Shown: positions 45,279 to 55,700 of the stretch, piece after piece
How the letters are laid out: each line of letters starts with the position of its first letter
How positions within the stretch are numbered: the first letter of the stretch is position 1
Assembly: GCA_045594545.1 (NCBI GenBank)
Contig: JAZNYQ010000039.1
Location: forward strand, 15,494 to 79,493
DNA length: 64,000 nt
Source of the DNA: Eubacteriales bacterium
GTDB taxonomy: Bacteria > Bacillota > Clostridia > Oscillospirales > UMGS1783
Reading direction: 5' to 3'
The notes under the pieces: model-generated
The model's input: the letters and a program-made list of their open reading frames with translations, nothing else
What the model was told of the DNA's origin: nothing
The model's database searches: none
Program-made: the position numbers and the translations under genes

Positions 45279-46664
45279 TTATTCTTTATCCTTGGGAATC
45301 TCAGCAGGGGCTTCCTTTTTGATGTTCAGGATCACATTCACAAGGATGCCCAGAATCAGAGCGCAGGCGATCGAGGTGATGGTCACACCGCCGAAGGTCA
45401 GCGACAAGCCGCCGATACCGGCAATCAAAATAACCGACACTACGAATACGTTCTTGTTCTGCTCCAGATCCACCTTCTGAACCATCTTCAAACCGGAAAC
45501 GGCAATGAATCCATAGAGGGTCATGCAGACGCCGCCCATAACGCAGTTCGGGATGGTGCTCAAGAAAGCAACGAAGGGAGAAACAAAGGAGATCAGAATG
45601 GTCATGATCGCAGCCGTCGTAATGGTGATAACCGAAGCATTACGGGTGATGGCTACACAACCAACCGACTCACCGTAAGTGGTGTTCGGGCAACCGCCAA
45701 ACAAAGCACCGGCCATTGAGCCAACACCATCGCCCAACAGTGTGCGGGAAAGCCCCGGCTCTTCGAGCAGGTTCTTCCCAATGATCGTAGAGAGGTTCTT
45801 ATGGTCAGCAATATGCTCAGCAAAAACAACGAAAGCAACCGGAACATAGGCGGCAGCAATGGTACCGATATAGGTCCATTCAAAGTCCTTCACGCCATCC
45901 ATAGCCGTAACGAAGGTGAAGTCGGGCATGGAAACGAAGGTGCCGAAGGTAACGCCATCGGCAAAGAGAGCCTTAAATGCGCCGAAGTTAATGACTTTCA
46001 GAGCATCCACACCGGTAGCATCGCCAATGAGTGTGAAGATCAAAGCCACGACATAACCGGCCAAGATGCCGATGATGAAGGGGATCAGTTTGGCCATTTT
46101 CTTGCCGTAATGCGAGCAGAGAATGACAACGAACAGGGTAACCAAAGCACAAACAAGTGCCACATAAGGCGAGCAGACCGAAGCGCCGTCGACCTGCAAG
46201 CCGCCCTTGAGCATATCGCCCACGGCATTGCCGGCCAAGGACAGACCGATAATAGCAACGGTAGGTCCGATAACGACGGCGGGCATCAATTTCTCGATCC
46301 AAGCAACGCCGACAGCCTTAACGATAAGAGCGATGACCACATAGACCAGACCGGCAAAGACCGCGCCGATAATCAGGCCGAGGTAACCCATGCCCATCGA
46401 GGTGGCGCCGGCAAAGGCGGCCAACATCGAGCCGATAAAGGCAAAGGACGAGCCGAGGAATACCGGGCTCTTAAAACGGGTAAACAACTGATAGATCAGG
46501 GTACCGACACCGGCGCCGAACAGGGCGGCCGATTGTGACATGCCGTTGCCGATGATCGCAGGAACCGCAATGGTAGCCGCCATGATGGCGAGCACCTGCT
46601 GGAACGCAAAAACGATCAGCTGGCCGAATTTCGGCTTGTCATCCAGATTGTAGATGAGATTCAT
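45279..46664 (-). CDS. pyrP: Uracil/xanthine permease (NCS2/solute carrier 23 family)
   Basis: Polytopic, 461 aa, with an NCS2 signature region (CPNTTYGESVGCVAITR). Lies immediately downstream of pyrR, as in Bacillus pyrR-pyrP. Confidence 0.85.
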   Translation of the reverse strand: MNLIYNLDDKPKFGQLIVFAFQQVLAIMAATIAVPAIIGNGMSQSAALFGAGVGTLIYQLFTRFKSPVFLGSSFAFIGSMLAAFAGATSMGMGYLGLIIGAVFAGLVYVVIALIVKAVGVAWIEKLMPAVVIGPTVAIIGLSLAGNAVGDMLKGGLQVDGASVCSPYVALVCALVTLFVVILCSHYGKKMAKLIPFIIGILAGYVVALIFTLIGDATGVDALKVINFGAFKALFADGVTFGTFVSMPDFTFVTAMDGVKDFEWTYIGTIAAAYVPVAFVVFAEHIADHKNLSTIIGKNLLEEPGLSRTLLGDGVGSMAGALFGGCPNTTYGESVGCVAITRNASVITITTAAIMTILISFVSPFVAFLSTIPNCVMGGVCMTLYGFIAVSGLKMVQKVDLEQNKNVFVVSVILIAGIGGLSLTFGGVTITSIACALILGILVNVILNIKKEAPAEIPKDKE

Positions 46665-46713
46665 TTTCTTCCTCCAATTTTATTTTCTTTATTAACACGG
46701 GATCGCTCCCGAA

Positions 46714-47247
46714 TTAACCGATTTGATACAGGCAAACGCCCGTTTCCTCGTCCACTCCCTCAATCATGACCGAAACCAATTCTTCATGCGAGGTGGGAAT
46801 ATTTTTCCCAACAAAATCGGGACGAATGGGCAATTCCCGATGCCCACGATCCACCAGTACAGCCAATTGAATGGATTTGGGACGACCGTAATTGAACACG
46901 GCTTCAATCGCCGCACGTGCCGTGCGACCGGTATAGATCACATCATCGACAATGATCACGTTTTTATCTTCAATCGCACAGGGAAATTCGCTCGACTCGG
47001 TGATCGGCAGTTCTTCGGTCAGGTCATCCCGATAACGGGTAATATCAATATGCCCCATCGGCACATCAACCCCCTCAAACCGTTTCAGATTCTCCGCCAA
47101 CATACCCGCCAATGGAATGCCTCTGCGCTTGATTCCCAACAGGCAAATATCCGATACGCCTCGATTTTTCTCGATAATCTCGTGGGTAATACGGGCCATG
47201 GAGCGACGAATGGCCGCTTCGTCCATAATCTTAGCCTTAAAATTCAT
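46714..47247 (-). CDS. pyrR: Bifunctional pyr operon regulator / uracil phosphoribosyltransferase PyrR
   Basis: PRPP-binding motif VIIVDDVIYTGRT and a typical ~178 aa length from the ATG at 47247. The track ORF is extended through the leader. Confidence 0.92.
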   Translation of the reverse strand: MNFKAKIMDEAAIRRSMARITHEIIEKNRGVSDICLLGIKRRGIPLAGMLAENLKRFEGVDVPMGHIDITRYRDDLTEELPITESSEFPCAIEDKNVIIVDDVIYTGRTARAAIEAVFNYGRPKSIQLAVLVDRGHRELPIRPDFVGKNIPTSHEELVSVMIEGVDEETGVCLYQIG

Positions 47248-47259
47248 GTAAATTCCCCT

Positions 47260-47285
47260 AAAAAAGGCTTGCCTACGGCAAGCCT
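47260..47285 (-). terminator. Leader terminator (candidate PyrR-controlled attenuator) upstream of pyrR
   Basis: Minus strand reads GGCTTGCC-GTAG-GGCAAGCC followed by TTTTTT, ending 12 nt before the pyrR ATG. AGAGGCU immediately 5' of and overlapping the stem resembles the core of the PyrR binding loop. Confidence 0.55.
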
Positions 47286-47355
47286 CTACATAATTATATT
47301 CGCTGATGCAGAAACTTACCGGCATCGCTGTACCGCTTAAAACTTCATCATCAAT

Positions 47356-47384
47356 ATGATACCACCATCCCCGTGGCTTGTCAA
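47356..47384 (-). promoter_or_regulatory. Candidate sigma-A promoter of pyrR-pyrP
   Basis: Minus strand reads TTGACA-17 nt-TATCAT, about 105 nt upstream of the pyrR ATG. Confidence 0.55.
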
Positions 47385-47404
47385 TTATTTTATGAACAAA
47401 TTAT

Positions 47405-47433
47405 GAAAAAAAGCGACAGAAATCTGTCGCTTT
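47405..47433 (-). terminator. Terminator after galT
   Basis: AAGCGACAGA-loop-TCTGTCGCTT followed by TTTTTC on the minus strand, 4 nt after the stop. Confidence 0.8.
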
Positions 47434-47436
47434 TTA

Positions 47437-48924
47437 TCATACTTTTGAAACAAATCGAAGGAAGGCTTGCTGCCCCTCTTGGTTCCGTTTAAAGACACCG
47501 GCATCTTCCAATACCTGCTCAAAGACATGGGCGATCTCCTCTTGGATCACCATATCAAAGGTATCAACGGTAAGATCGGTACGCCTTTCCATAACGTCTT
47601 GCATCCACACGGCATGAGAAGCCGTCTGCGGATGATCGGCAAAGGAATCGCCACTGATGTAAACCTGCTTTAGCATCTCCCACTCCTGACGAAGACGCGC
47701 CGGCAATACCGCTAAACCCTGTACTTCGATCAGACCGATATTCTCTTTCTTAATATGGTGCAAATTCGCATGGGGATGGAATACGCCGAGCGGATGTTCC
47801 GGTGTAGTAATATTATTGCGCAATACCAGATCCAGTTCATACTGTCCCTCTCTCATGCGAGCAATGGGGGTAATGGTATTATGCGGCTCCCCATCGGTAT
47901 GACTAAAGACAAATGCCGACTCGTCGGTATATTCCCGCCATGCCGCCAGAATTCGCGCCGCCAATTTTGACAAGGCTTTGCGGTCATAGCTCTGCAGACG
48001 AATGACCGACATGGGCCATTTTACGATACCGGCCGTAACCTGCGGATAATCGGCAAACGTAAGCGACCGTTCCATCGGCGCTTTGGCCATAGGCAACTCG
48101 TGAATTCCACCCTGAAAATGCTCATGGGACAAGATACTGCCGCCCACAATGGGCAGATCGGCGTTAGATCCGACAAAATAATGAGGGAACAACCCTATAA
48201 AGTCAAACAACTTGTCAAAGACAGCCGCATCGATCCGCATCGGCTTATGCTCTTGATTCAAAACAATACAGTGTTCATCGTAGTAGACGTAGGGTGAATA
48301 CTGCAATCCCCATGCTTCTTCATTTACGGTAATCGGAATGATCCGCAGATTCTGGCGAGCCTGTTGGGTGGCGCTGCCAACATACCCCACATTCTCCACA
48401 CACAAGGCGCAAGCAGGGTAATTACTCGATGCCGTCTTCCCTGCCGCCGCAATATCACGCGGATCCTTTTCGGGTTTCGACAGGTTAATACTCAACTCCA
48501 AGGTTCCATACTGTGTTTGGGCATCCCAGCGAACATCACGAGCCACACGCTCGGTGCGAATATAATTGACGTCGCGGCAAAACCGATAAAACCAATCGGT
48601 TGCCTCTTTCGGAGATTGCTGATATAAATCATAAAATTTTCGGGAAATGTGCGATGGGCTCTCGGCCACCAAGCCCATCAGCAAAGAATCAAACCGATCG
48701 CGATTGCCTTGGGTATCGGAAATTCTTCCTAATCGAACCGCCTCATCACAAAGAAAATCCAACAAACCCTGGATGGACTTTCCTTGATAATCCCCAATGG
48801 CAGGCACTCCGCCATCCGGACAAAAGGCGCCATACAATACGTTTAAGCGATAGGTACGCTCGCTTGCCTCAATCAGATCATGCGATATGGCATAATCGAC
48901 CAAACGATCCAATGCTGTGGCCAT
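47437..48924 (-). CDS. galT: UDP-glucose--hexose-1-phosphate uridylyltransferase (long Gram-positive type)
   Basis: 495 aa with an HEHFQGG active-site block. One-nucleotide TGATG junction with galK. Confidence 0.9.
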   Translation of the reverse strand: MATALDRLVDYAISHDLIEASERTYRLNVLYGAFCPDGGVPAIGDYQGKSIQGLLDFLCDEAVRLGRISDTQGNRDRFDSLLMGLVAESPSHISRKFYDLYQQSPKEATDWFYRFCRDVNYIRTERVARDVRWDAQTQYGTLELSINLSKPEKDPRDIAAAGKTASSNYPACALCVENVGYVGSATQQARQNLRIIPITVNEEAWGLQYSPYVYYDEHCIVLNQEHKPMRIDAAVFDKLFDFIGLFPHYFVGSNADLPIVGGSILSHEHFQGGIHELPMAKAPMERSLTFADYPQVTAGIVKWPMSVIRLQSYDRKALSKLAARILAAWREYTDESAFVFSHTDGEPHNTITPIARMREGQYELDLVLRNNITTPEHPLGVFHPHANLHHIKKENIGLIEVQGLAVLPARLRQEWEMLKQVYISGDSFADHPQTASHAVWMQDVMERRTDLTVDTFDMVIQEEIAHVFEQVLEDAGVFKRNQEGQQAFLRFVSKV

Positions 48925-50093
48925 CAGTCCACAACCTCCATCGGGCCGTTTCCGACCGATGCAATATAGAAGGCGGCGGTAAGCCCCGTTTCTTTATTAT
49001 AAAGATCGGCCACATACTTCTTCACCGCTTCGGTATACTTGGCATCGACCAAGGCAACGGCACATCCACCAAAGCCTGCCCCTGTCATGCGGGCACCGAT
49101 AACACCTTCGCACTCCCACGCATGGTGAACCAGACTATCCAGTTCCTTACCGGTAACCTCATAGTCTTTCTCCAGCGATTTATGGGAAGCATTCATTAAA
49201 AGACCGAATTCTTTCAGGTCGTTATTCTCCAAGGCTTTTACGGCACGCTGGGTACGACCGTCCTCGGTAATCGCATGACGGGCACGACGGTAGATGACTT
49301 CGGGCATATCCGCCTTCGCCTTTTCCAGCATCTCTTCGCTGGCATCGCAAAGGGTTTCGGTCTCGCCGTATTGGCGCAGGATTTCCAGAGCCTGCGTACA
49401 TTCTTTCACACGATCATTATATTTCGAATCCTTAAGACCACGCTTCTTGCGGGTATCCATAATCAGAATATCGCACCCATCCAGAGAAAGAGGGGCATAC
49501 TGATAATCCAAAGAAGCCGTATTGAGATAAATGGCGCAACCTTCTTTACCCATGGCAACAGCAAACTGATCCATAATACCGCAGTTCATCCCAACATAGC
49601 CGTTCTCCGCCTTTTGACCGAGAATGGCAATATAGTCATTACTCATGGGAATATCGAAGATCTTACCCAGAGCATAACCGGTAACCACTTCCAAAGATGC
49701 CGAGGAAGAAAGACCGGAGCCGTTGGGAATATTGCCATAGACCCACATATCAAAGCCGAAAGGAATTTCCTTTCCTTCCTGAGCCATAGCCCAGATGACG
49801 CCGCAAGGATAGGCCGTCCATGTGCGGTTGCTGCGGGGCGCTAACGAATCCAAAGACAATTCATAGATGCCCGACTCGGTAAAGTTCTCAGAGAAAAAGC
49901 GCAGTTTGCGATCGGCACGTTTACGAATGGCTACATATGTACCCATAGAAAGGGCACACGGGAAAACATGGCCGCCGTTATAATCGGTATGTTCTCCAAT
50001 CAAATTGACACGACCGGGCGCAAAAAAGACCTGTACTCCATTAGCATCACCAAAGGATTTGGCGAAACCGCTTAAACATTGTGCTTGATTCAT
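48924..50093 (-). CDS. galK: Galactokinase
   Basis: GRVNLIGEHTDYNGG signature and GHMP motif PNGSGLSSSASL. ATG at 50093 has AGGAGG 8 nt upstream; the track start is GTG. Confidence 0.95.
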   Translation of the reverse strand: MNQAQCLSGFAKSFGDANGVQVFFAPGRVNLIGEHTDYNGGHVFPCALSMGTYVAIRKRADRKLRFFSENFTESGIYELSLDSLAPRSNRTWTAYPCGVIWAMAQEGKEIPFGFDMWVYGNIPNGSGLSSSASLEVVTGYALGKIFDIPMSNDYIAILGQKAENGYVGMNCGIMDQFAVAMGKEGCAIYLNTASLDYQYAPLSLDGCDILIMDTRKKRGLKDSKYNDRVKECTQALEILRQYGETETLCDASEEMLEKAKADMPEVIYRRARHAITEDGRTQRAVKALENNDLKEFGLLMNASHKSLEKDYEVTGKELDSLVHHAWECEGVIGARMTGAGFGGCAVALVDAKYTEAVKKYVADLYNKETGLTAAFYIASVGNGPMEVVD

Positions 50094-50176
50094 AAAAAGC
50101 ACCTCCTCTTATTTGTAGTTTACCCGATTTCCTCACAGCGCGCAAGTACACATCGTGTTTGTCACATGGATTTTTG

Positions 50177-50206
50177 TTGACTTTTTAGCCGCAGGTAGTA
50201 TATAAT
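50177..50206 (+). promoter_or_regulatory. Candidate promoter of the AraC-family regulator gene
   Basis: TTGACT followed after 16-18 nt by TATATAAT, about 22 nt upstream of the ATG at 50228. Confidence 0.5.
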
Positions 50207-50227
50207 GCCAAATAGGGTGGTGAGTCG

Positions 50228-51049
50228 ATGAAGACAACATATAAATACTCCTATAAGACCAAACAAAGCAGTACTCCCCTATATGTATGCAATACCGGCC
50301 TGCAGCAGTGCTCGTCGGGCTACTCTTGGGGGCCGGGGGTGCGGGATCATTATTTGATACATTTTGTTTCTTCCGGCAAGGGTATTTTCTGTGTCAACGG
50401 GAAGGAATTTCAGTTGCACGGCGGGCAGGCCTTTATTGCCTATCCCAACGAAACGGTATCCTACAGTGCCGACAAGGAGCATCCGTGGGAATATTATTGG
50501 GTAGGATTTAACGGTGCCGAAGCCGGATTGATGCTATCCCAGACCGACTTTTCCCCCTCTGACCCCGTTCAGGATTTTAAGGATGACGGCACCTTAGCCG
50601 ATCTGATTCGGGAGATCTACGACTGCCGCGGCAGCCGAAACTGTGATTCCGTTCGCATGACCGGACGGGTATATCTGCTTTTGGCTTATCTGATCGAGCA
50701 GGCCAAACACGCATCCTCAACCACTCCCGAAATATATGCTGTCAAGGCAGCCGAATTTGCCCAAAACAATTACATGCACGGCGTGACCGTTACTGACATG
50801 GCTGCTCATGTCGGCATCAGCCGCAGTTGGCTGTATAAGGATTTTTGCCGACAGTTTCACCTTTCCCCGTTTGAATACCTGCAGGGATTGCGCATTGACC
50901 GCAGCAAAGCCCTGCTGACCAATACCAAATTGTCTGTAAAGGAGATTGCCTTGTCAGTTGGATTTGACGATCCGTTATATTTTTCGCGGGCATTTAAAAA
51001 GGAAACGGGCACATCTCCTCTCACCTACCGACAACAGAAAGACGAATAA
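50228..51049 (+). CDS. AraC-family transcriptional regulator (cupin sensor + HTH), divergent from galKT
   Basis: N-terminal cupin-like domain and a C-terminal double HTH (SVKEIALSVGFDDPLYFSRAFKKETGTSP). Confidence 0.88.
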   Translation: MKTTYKYSYKTKQSSTPLYVCNTGLQQCSSGYSWGPGVRDHYLIHFVSSGKGIFCVNGKEFQLHGGQAFIAYPNETVSYSADKEHPWEYYWVGFNGAEAGLMLSQTDFSPSDPVQDFKDDGTLADLIREIYDCRGSRNCDSVRMTGRVYLLLAYLIEQAKHASSTTPEIYAVKAAEFAQNNYMHGVTVTDMAAHVGISRSWLYKDFCRQFHLSPFEYLQGLRIDRSKALLTNTKLSVKEIALSVGFDDPLYFSRAFKKETGTSPLTYRQQKDE

Positions 51050-51080
51050 AAGAGGCAGGATCTTACGATCCTGCCTTTTC
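51049..51080. terminator. Bidirectional terminator between the araC-family gene and fhs
   Basis: GGCAGGATC-TTAC-GATCCTGCC followed by TTTT, with an A-rich run on the other side. Confidence 0.75.
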
Positions 51081-51082
51081 CA

Positions 51083-52759
51083 TTAGAATAAGCCTGTAAT
51101 TTTTCCGTTTTCGTCCACATCAATGCGTTCGGCCGCCGGAGATTTGGGCAGACCCGGCATTGTCATGATATCACCGGTCAGTACCACAACAAAGCCCGCA
51201 CCGGCAGAGACCTTTACCTTTTTAATAGTTACGGTAAAGTCTTCAGGGGCACCGAGTTTCGTAGGATCATCTGAGAAACTGTACTGGGTTTTTGCCATGC
51301 AGACCGGACAAGAACCAAAGCCCAGTTCTTCCAATCGGGCAATCTGTTTCTTAGCCGCAGGCTCCACAACGATACCTTTACCGCCGTATACCTTTTTTAC
51401 GACCGCTTCAATCTTTTCGGTGATCGAACCGGTTGATTCATAGGCAAAGGTAAAGTTACCGGTTTCCTCGTCGCACAAACGCACCACTTCACGAGCCAGC
51501 GCCTCGCCACCCTTGCCGCCATCAGCCCATACGGTAGACAGAACGGTATTGACGCCCAGTTGGCGGCATTTTTCAATAATGAAATCAATCTCGACATCGG
51601 TATCGGTCGGGAAACGATTGACCGCCACCACGCAAGGCAACTGATAGACATTCTTAATGTTCGAGACATGGCGCAACAGGTTCGGAATTCCCTTTTCCAG
51701 CGCTTCGATATCCTCATGATTCAGCGATGTCTTCGGCAATCCACCATGCATCTTAAGAGCACGAACGGTAGCCACCACGACAACGGCATCCGGCGTAAGA
51801 CCCGCCATACGACACTTGATGTCCAGGAATTTTTCAGCACCGAGGTCAGCACCGAATCCGGCTTCGGTAACGGTATAGTCGCCCATCTTAAGCGCCAATT
51901 TGGTAGCCATGACCGAGTTACAGCCATGGGCAATATTGGCAAAGGGGCCGCCATGCACAAAGGCAGGAGTGCCTTCCAGTGTTTGTACCAGATTGGGCTT
52001 CATGGCATCTTTAAGCAGTGCCGTCATAGCCCCTGCCGCCTTAAGCTGACCGCAGGTGACCGGCTGATCATCATAGGTATAACCAACAATGATGCGAGAG
52101 AGTCGTTCCTTCAGGTCGGTAATCGAATCTGACAGGCACAAGACTGCCATAATCTCACTGGCTACGGTAATATCAAATCCGTCTTCACGGGGTACACCGT
52201 TGGCCTTGCCTCCCATGCCGTCAACCACAAAGCGGAGCTGACGATCGTTCATATCCACACAGCGCTTCCATGTGATTTTACGCACATCAATACCCAAGGC
52301 ATTGCCCTGCTGAATATGGTTGTCCAACATGGCGGCCAAGAGATTGTTGGCCGCGCCGATGGCGTGGAAATCTCCGGTAAAATGCAGATTGATATCTTCC
52401 ATAGGCACGACCTGCGCATAACCGCCGCCGGCCGCACCACCCTTTACGCCAAAGACGGGGCCGAGAGAGGGCTCACGCAGAGCGACGGTGACATCCTTAC
52501 CGATGCGGCGCAGTCCGTCGGCCAAGCCGATGGTGGTGGTCGTCTTTCCTTCACCCGCAGGTGTGGGGGTGATGGCTGTGACAAGAATCAATTTTCCGTT
52601 TTCACGGTTGGTCTCCTGTAACAAGGAAGGATCGATTTTTGCCTTGTATTTGCCGTATTGCTCTACGTACTTCTCATCAACATGGGCTCGTTTTGCAATT
52701 TCGGTAATGGGCTCCATCTGGCAGCTTTGAGCAATTTCAATGTCGGAAAGATATGCCAT
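51083..52759 (-). CDS. fhs: Formate--tetrahydrofolate ligase
   Basis: [16 protein letters not shown]-loop and typical ~558 aa length. ATG at 52759 has AGGAG 9 nt upstream. Confidence 0.96.
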   Translation of the reverse strand: MAYLSDIEIAQSCQMEPITEIAKRAHVDEKYVEQYGKYKAKIDPSLLQETNRENGKLILVTAITPTPAGEGKTTTTIGLADGLRRIGKDVTVALREPSLGPVFGVKGGAAGGGYAQVVPMEDINLHFTGDFHAIGAANNLLAAMLDNHIQQGNALGIDVRKITWKRCVDMNDRQLRFVVDGMGGKANGVPREDGFDITVASEIMAVLCLSDSITDLKERLSRIIVGYTYDDQPVTCGQLKAAGAMTALLKDAMKPNLVQTLEGTPAFVHGGPFANIAHGCNSVMATKLALKMGDYTVTEAGFGADLGAEKFLDIKCRMAGLTPDAVVVVATVRALKMHGGLPKTSLNHEDIEALEKGIPNLLRHVSNIKNVYQLPCVVAVNRFPTDTDVEIDFIIEKCRQLGVNTVLSTVWADGGKGGEALAREVVRLCDEETGNFTFAYESTGSITEKIEAVVKKVYGGKGIVVEPAAKKQIARLEELGFGSCPVCMAKTQYSFSDDPTKLGAPEDFTVTIKKVKVSAGAGFVVVLTGDIMTMPGLPKSPAAERIDVDENGKITGLF

Positions 52760-52776
52760 TCTCATGCACTCCTAAC

Positions 52777-55700
52777 TTATTTAAAATAATGAACTGCTGC
52801 TTCAAACATACGGATATCGTAATTACCGGGTACATTCTGATACAGACCGTCACCAATACGCTCACTATGCCCCATCTTACCAAAGACACGACCGTCGGGT
52901 GAAGTAATACCCTCAACCGCATAGATCGAACCGTTGGGATTAAAGTGAACGTCGGCAGTCGCATTGCCGTCCAGATCCACATACTGGGTAGCGATCTGAC
53001 CGTTTTCGGCCAGTTTTCTCACCAGTTCCTCATCGGCAAGGAAACGCCCCTCGCCGTGAGAGATGGCCACGTTATACACATCCCCCACCTGCGTCAGCGC
53101 CAACCAAGGAGATTTGTTCGAAGCCACACGGGTACGAACGATGCGGGACTGGTGGCGACCGATGGTATTATAGGTCAAGGTCGGGCAGGAAGCATCGGTA
53201 TCGATGATCTTACCGTAAGGGACCAGACCCAATTTAATCAGTGCTTGGAATCCGTTACAGATACCGCACATCAAACCGTCACGGTTCTCGAGCAGTTCGG
53301 TAACTCCCTCTTTTACAGCGCCGTTGCGGAAGAATGCCGTAATAAACTTACCGCTTCCGTCCGGCTCATCGCCACCCGAAAAACCACCGGGTACAAACAC
53401 AACCTGAGAATTTTTCAGGCTCTTAACAAAACGCTCTACGCTATCCTGAATCCCGCTCGCCGACAGGTTATTGATAACCAGAATTTCAGGCTCGGCACCG
53501 GCATCTCGCACAGCCTTGGCGCTGTCATACTCGCAGTTGGTACCGGGGAACACCGGAATGAGCACCTTAGGCTTAGCCACACGAATGGCAGGCGCTTTAC
53601 GCTCCTTGCTCTCAAAGGAGAAGTTGCATAGTGGAGTCTTGGCGTCAGGAATATTGCAACTAAAGACACTCTCCAGTTTATCCTCATACACACCGAGCAA
53701 TTCCGACAGAGTAATGCTTTCTTTGCCGCGGCAGATACAGTCGGCATCGGTAACTTCGCCAAGATACTTCGCATTGGCAATCTCGTCGGTAGTTTCTACA
53801 ACGAAAGAGGCATAGCCGTAACCAAACAAGGTCTGATTATCCATAGCGGTATCCACATTCACACCAAGGCCGTTACCAAAGGCCATCTTCATGATCGCCT
53901 CAGCGATACCTCCCAGTCCAAGGGTATAACAGGATACCACCTTACCGGCACGCATCAGTTCGGTAACTTGGGCAAAAACCTTAAGTAAAGAATCGGTCTT
54001 AGGCAATCCGTTCTCATCATACTCGGGAGAGATCACATACAGGCGATTTCCCGCCTTTTTCAGTTCGGGAGAAACCATATGCTGTAATTTATCGGTCGTA
54101 ACAGCAAAAGAAACTAAGGTAGGCGGCACATCGAGATTTTCAAAGGAGCCGCTCATCGAGTCTTTACCGCCGATCGAACCGATCTGCAGTTCTTTTTGAG
54201 CCTTAAAGGCACCAAGCAGAGCCGCTAACGGCTTACCCCAACGGCGGGAATCCTTGCCGGGCTTTTCAAAATACTCTTGGAAGGTCAAATACACATCTTC
54301 AAAAGATGCACCGCAGGCAATCAGCTTACAAACCGACTCCACAACTGCCAAATAGGCCGAGTGATAGGGGCTCTTTTCTGCGATAAAGGGATTATATCCC
54401 CACGACATGAGAGATACATCATCGGTATGTTTCTGCTCTACCGAAATCTTCTGTACCATGGCCTGCACCGGTGTCAACTGATGCTTGCCGCCAAAGGGCA
54501 TAAAGACCGCACCGGCACCGATGGTCGAGTCAAATCGCTCCGAAAGGCCACGCTTCGAGCAGATATTCAGATCGGCAGCCATGGCCTTGAAGTTGCTTGC
54601 AAAATCACCGCTTATCTTCTTGGCAAAGACTTCGGGTTTGGCCGGACGAATATTGATATGCTTCGATGCACCGTTGGAGTTAAGGAATTCACGGCTGATA
54701 TCGACGATCTTTTTTCCGTTCCAGTTCATGACCAGACGGGCTTCTTCCTGCACCACCGCTACCGGACAAGCCTGCAGATTTTCCATAGCGGCCAGAGCCA
54801 AAAAGGCTTCAACATTTTCCTTCTCGACCACTACTGCCATACGTTCCTGCGATTCACTGATGGCCAGTTCGGTACCGTCAAGGCCTTCATATTTCTTAGG
54901 AACGGCATTCAGATCAATCTCCAGCCCGTCGGCTAATTCACCGATGGCAACCGAAACACCGCCGGCACCAAAGTCATTACAACGTTTGATCATCTTAGTA
55001 GCGGTAGCGTTACGGAACAAACGCTGGAGTTTACGTTCTTCGGGGGCATTCCCCTTTTGCACTTCCGCTCCGCAGGTTTCTACCGAGTGGGCGTTATGGG
55101 CTTTGGAAGAACCGGTAGCGCCACCGATACCGTCACGGCCGGTACTGCCGCCAAGCAAGATAACCACATCACCGGCAGACGGACGCTCACGACGCACATT
55201 CTCCTGCGGTGCCGCCGCAATAACTGCACCGATCTCCATGCGCTTGGCCGCATAGCCGGGATGATAGAGTTCATCCACTATGCCGGTTGCCAGACCGATC
55301 TGGTTACCGTAAGAAGAATAGCCGGCCGCAGCCGTTGTCACGATCTTGCGCTGAGGCAACTTGCCTTGAATGGTCTCATTTACCGGTTTGAGCGGATCGG
55401 CCGCACCGGTCACACGCATCGCGCCGTAAACATACGAACGCCCAGACAGCGGATCACGGATGGCGCCGCCGATACAGGTGGCCGCACCGCCGAACGGTTC
55501 GATCTCGGTCGGGTGATTATGTGTTTCATTTTTAAAGAGCAACAACCACGGCTCGGTCACGCCGTCAACCGTAACATCAATTTTAACAGTGCAGGCATTG
55601 ATCTCTTCCGATTCATCGAGTTTATCCAGTTTGCCGTTTTTCTTGAGATACTTCACCGCAACCGTTGCCAGATCCATCAAGCAGACCGGTTTGGTACGGC

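Noticed and set aside
46698-46711. Hairpin CGGGA-GCGA-TCCCG right after the pyrR stop, considered as a second PyrR attenuator before the permease gene.
   Set aside because: The stem is only 5 bp, there is no U-tract and no PyrR-box-like sequence, and the 49-nt spacer is too short for an attenuator.
50139-50170. Short palindromic and repeat-like elements (ACAC-ATC-GTGT, TTGTCACA/TTGTTGAC) in the galK/araC divergent region, considered as operator sites.
   Set aside because: The arms are only 4 bp or the repeats are imperfect, which is indistinguishable from chance by eye. A weak galK promoter guess (TTGCGC-17-TAAACT) was likewise not reported as a feature.
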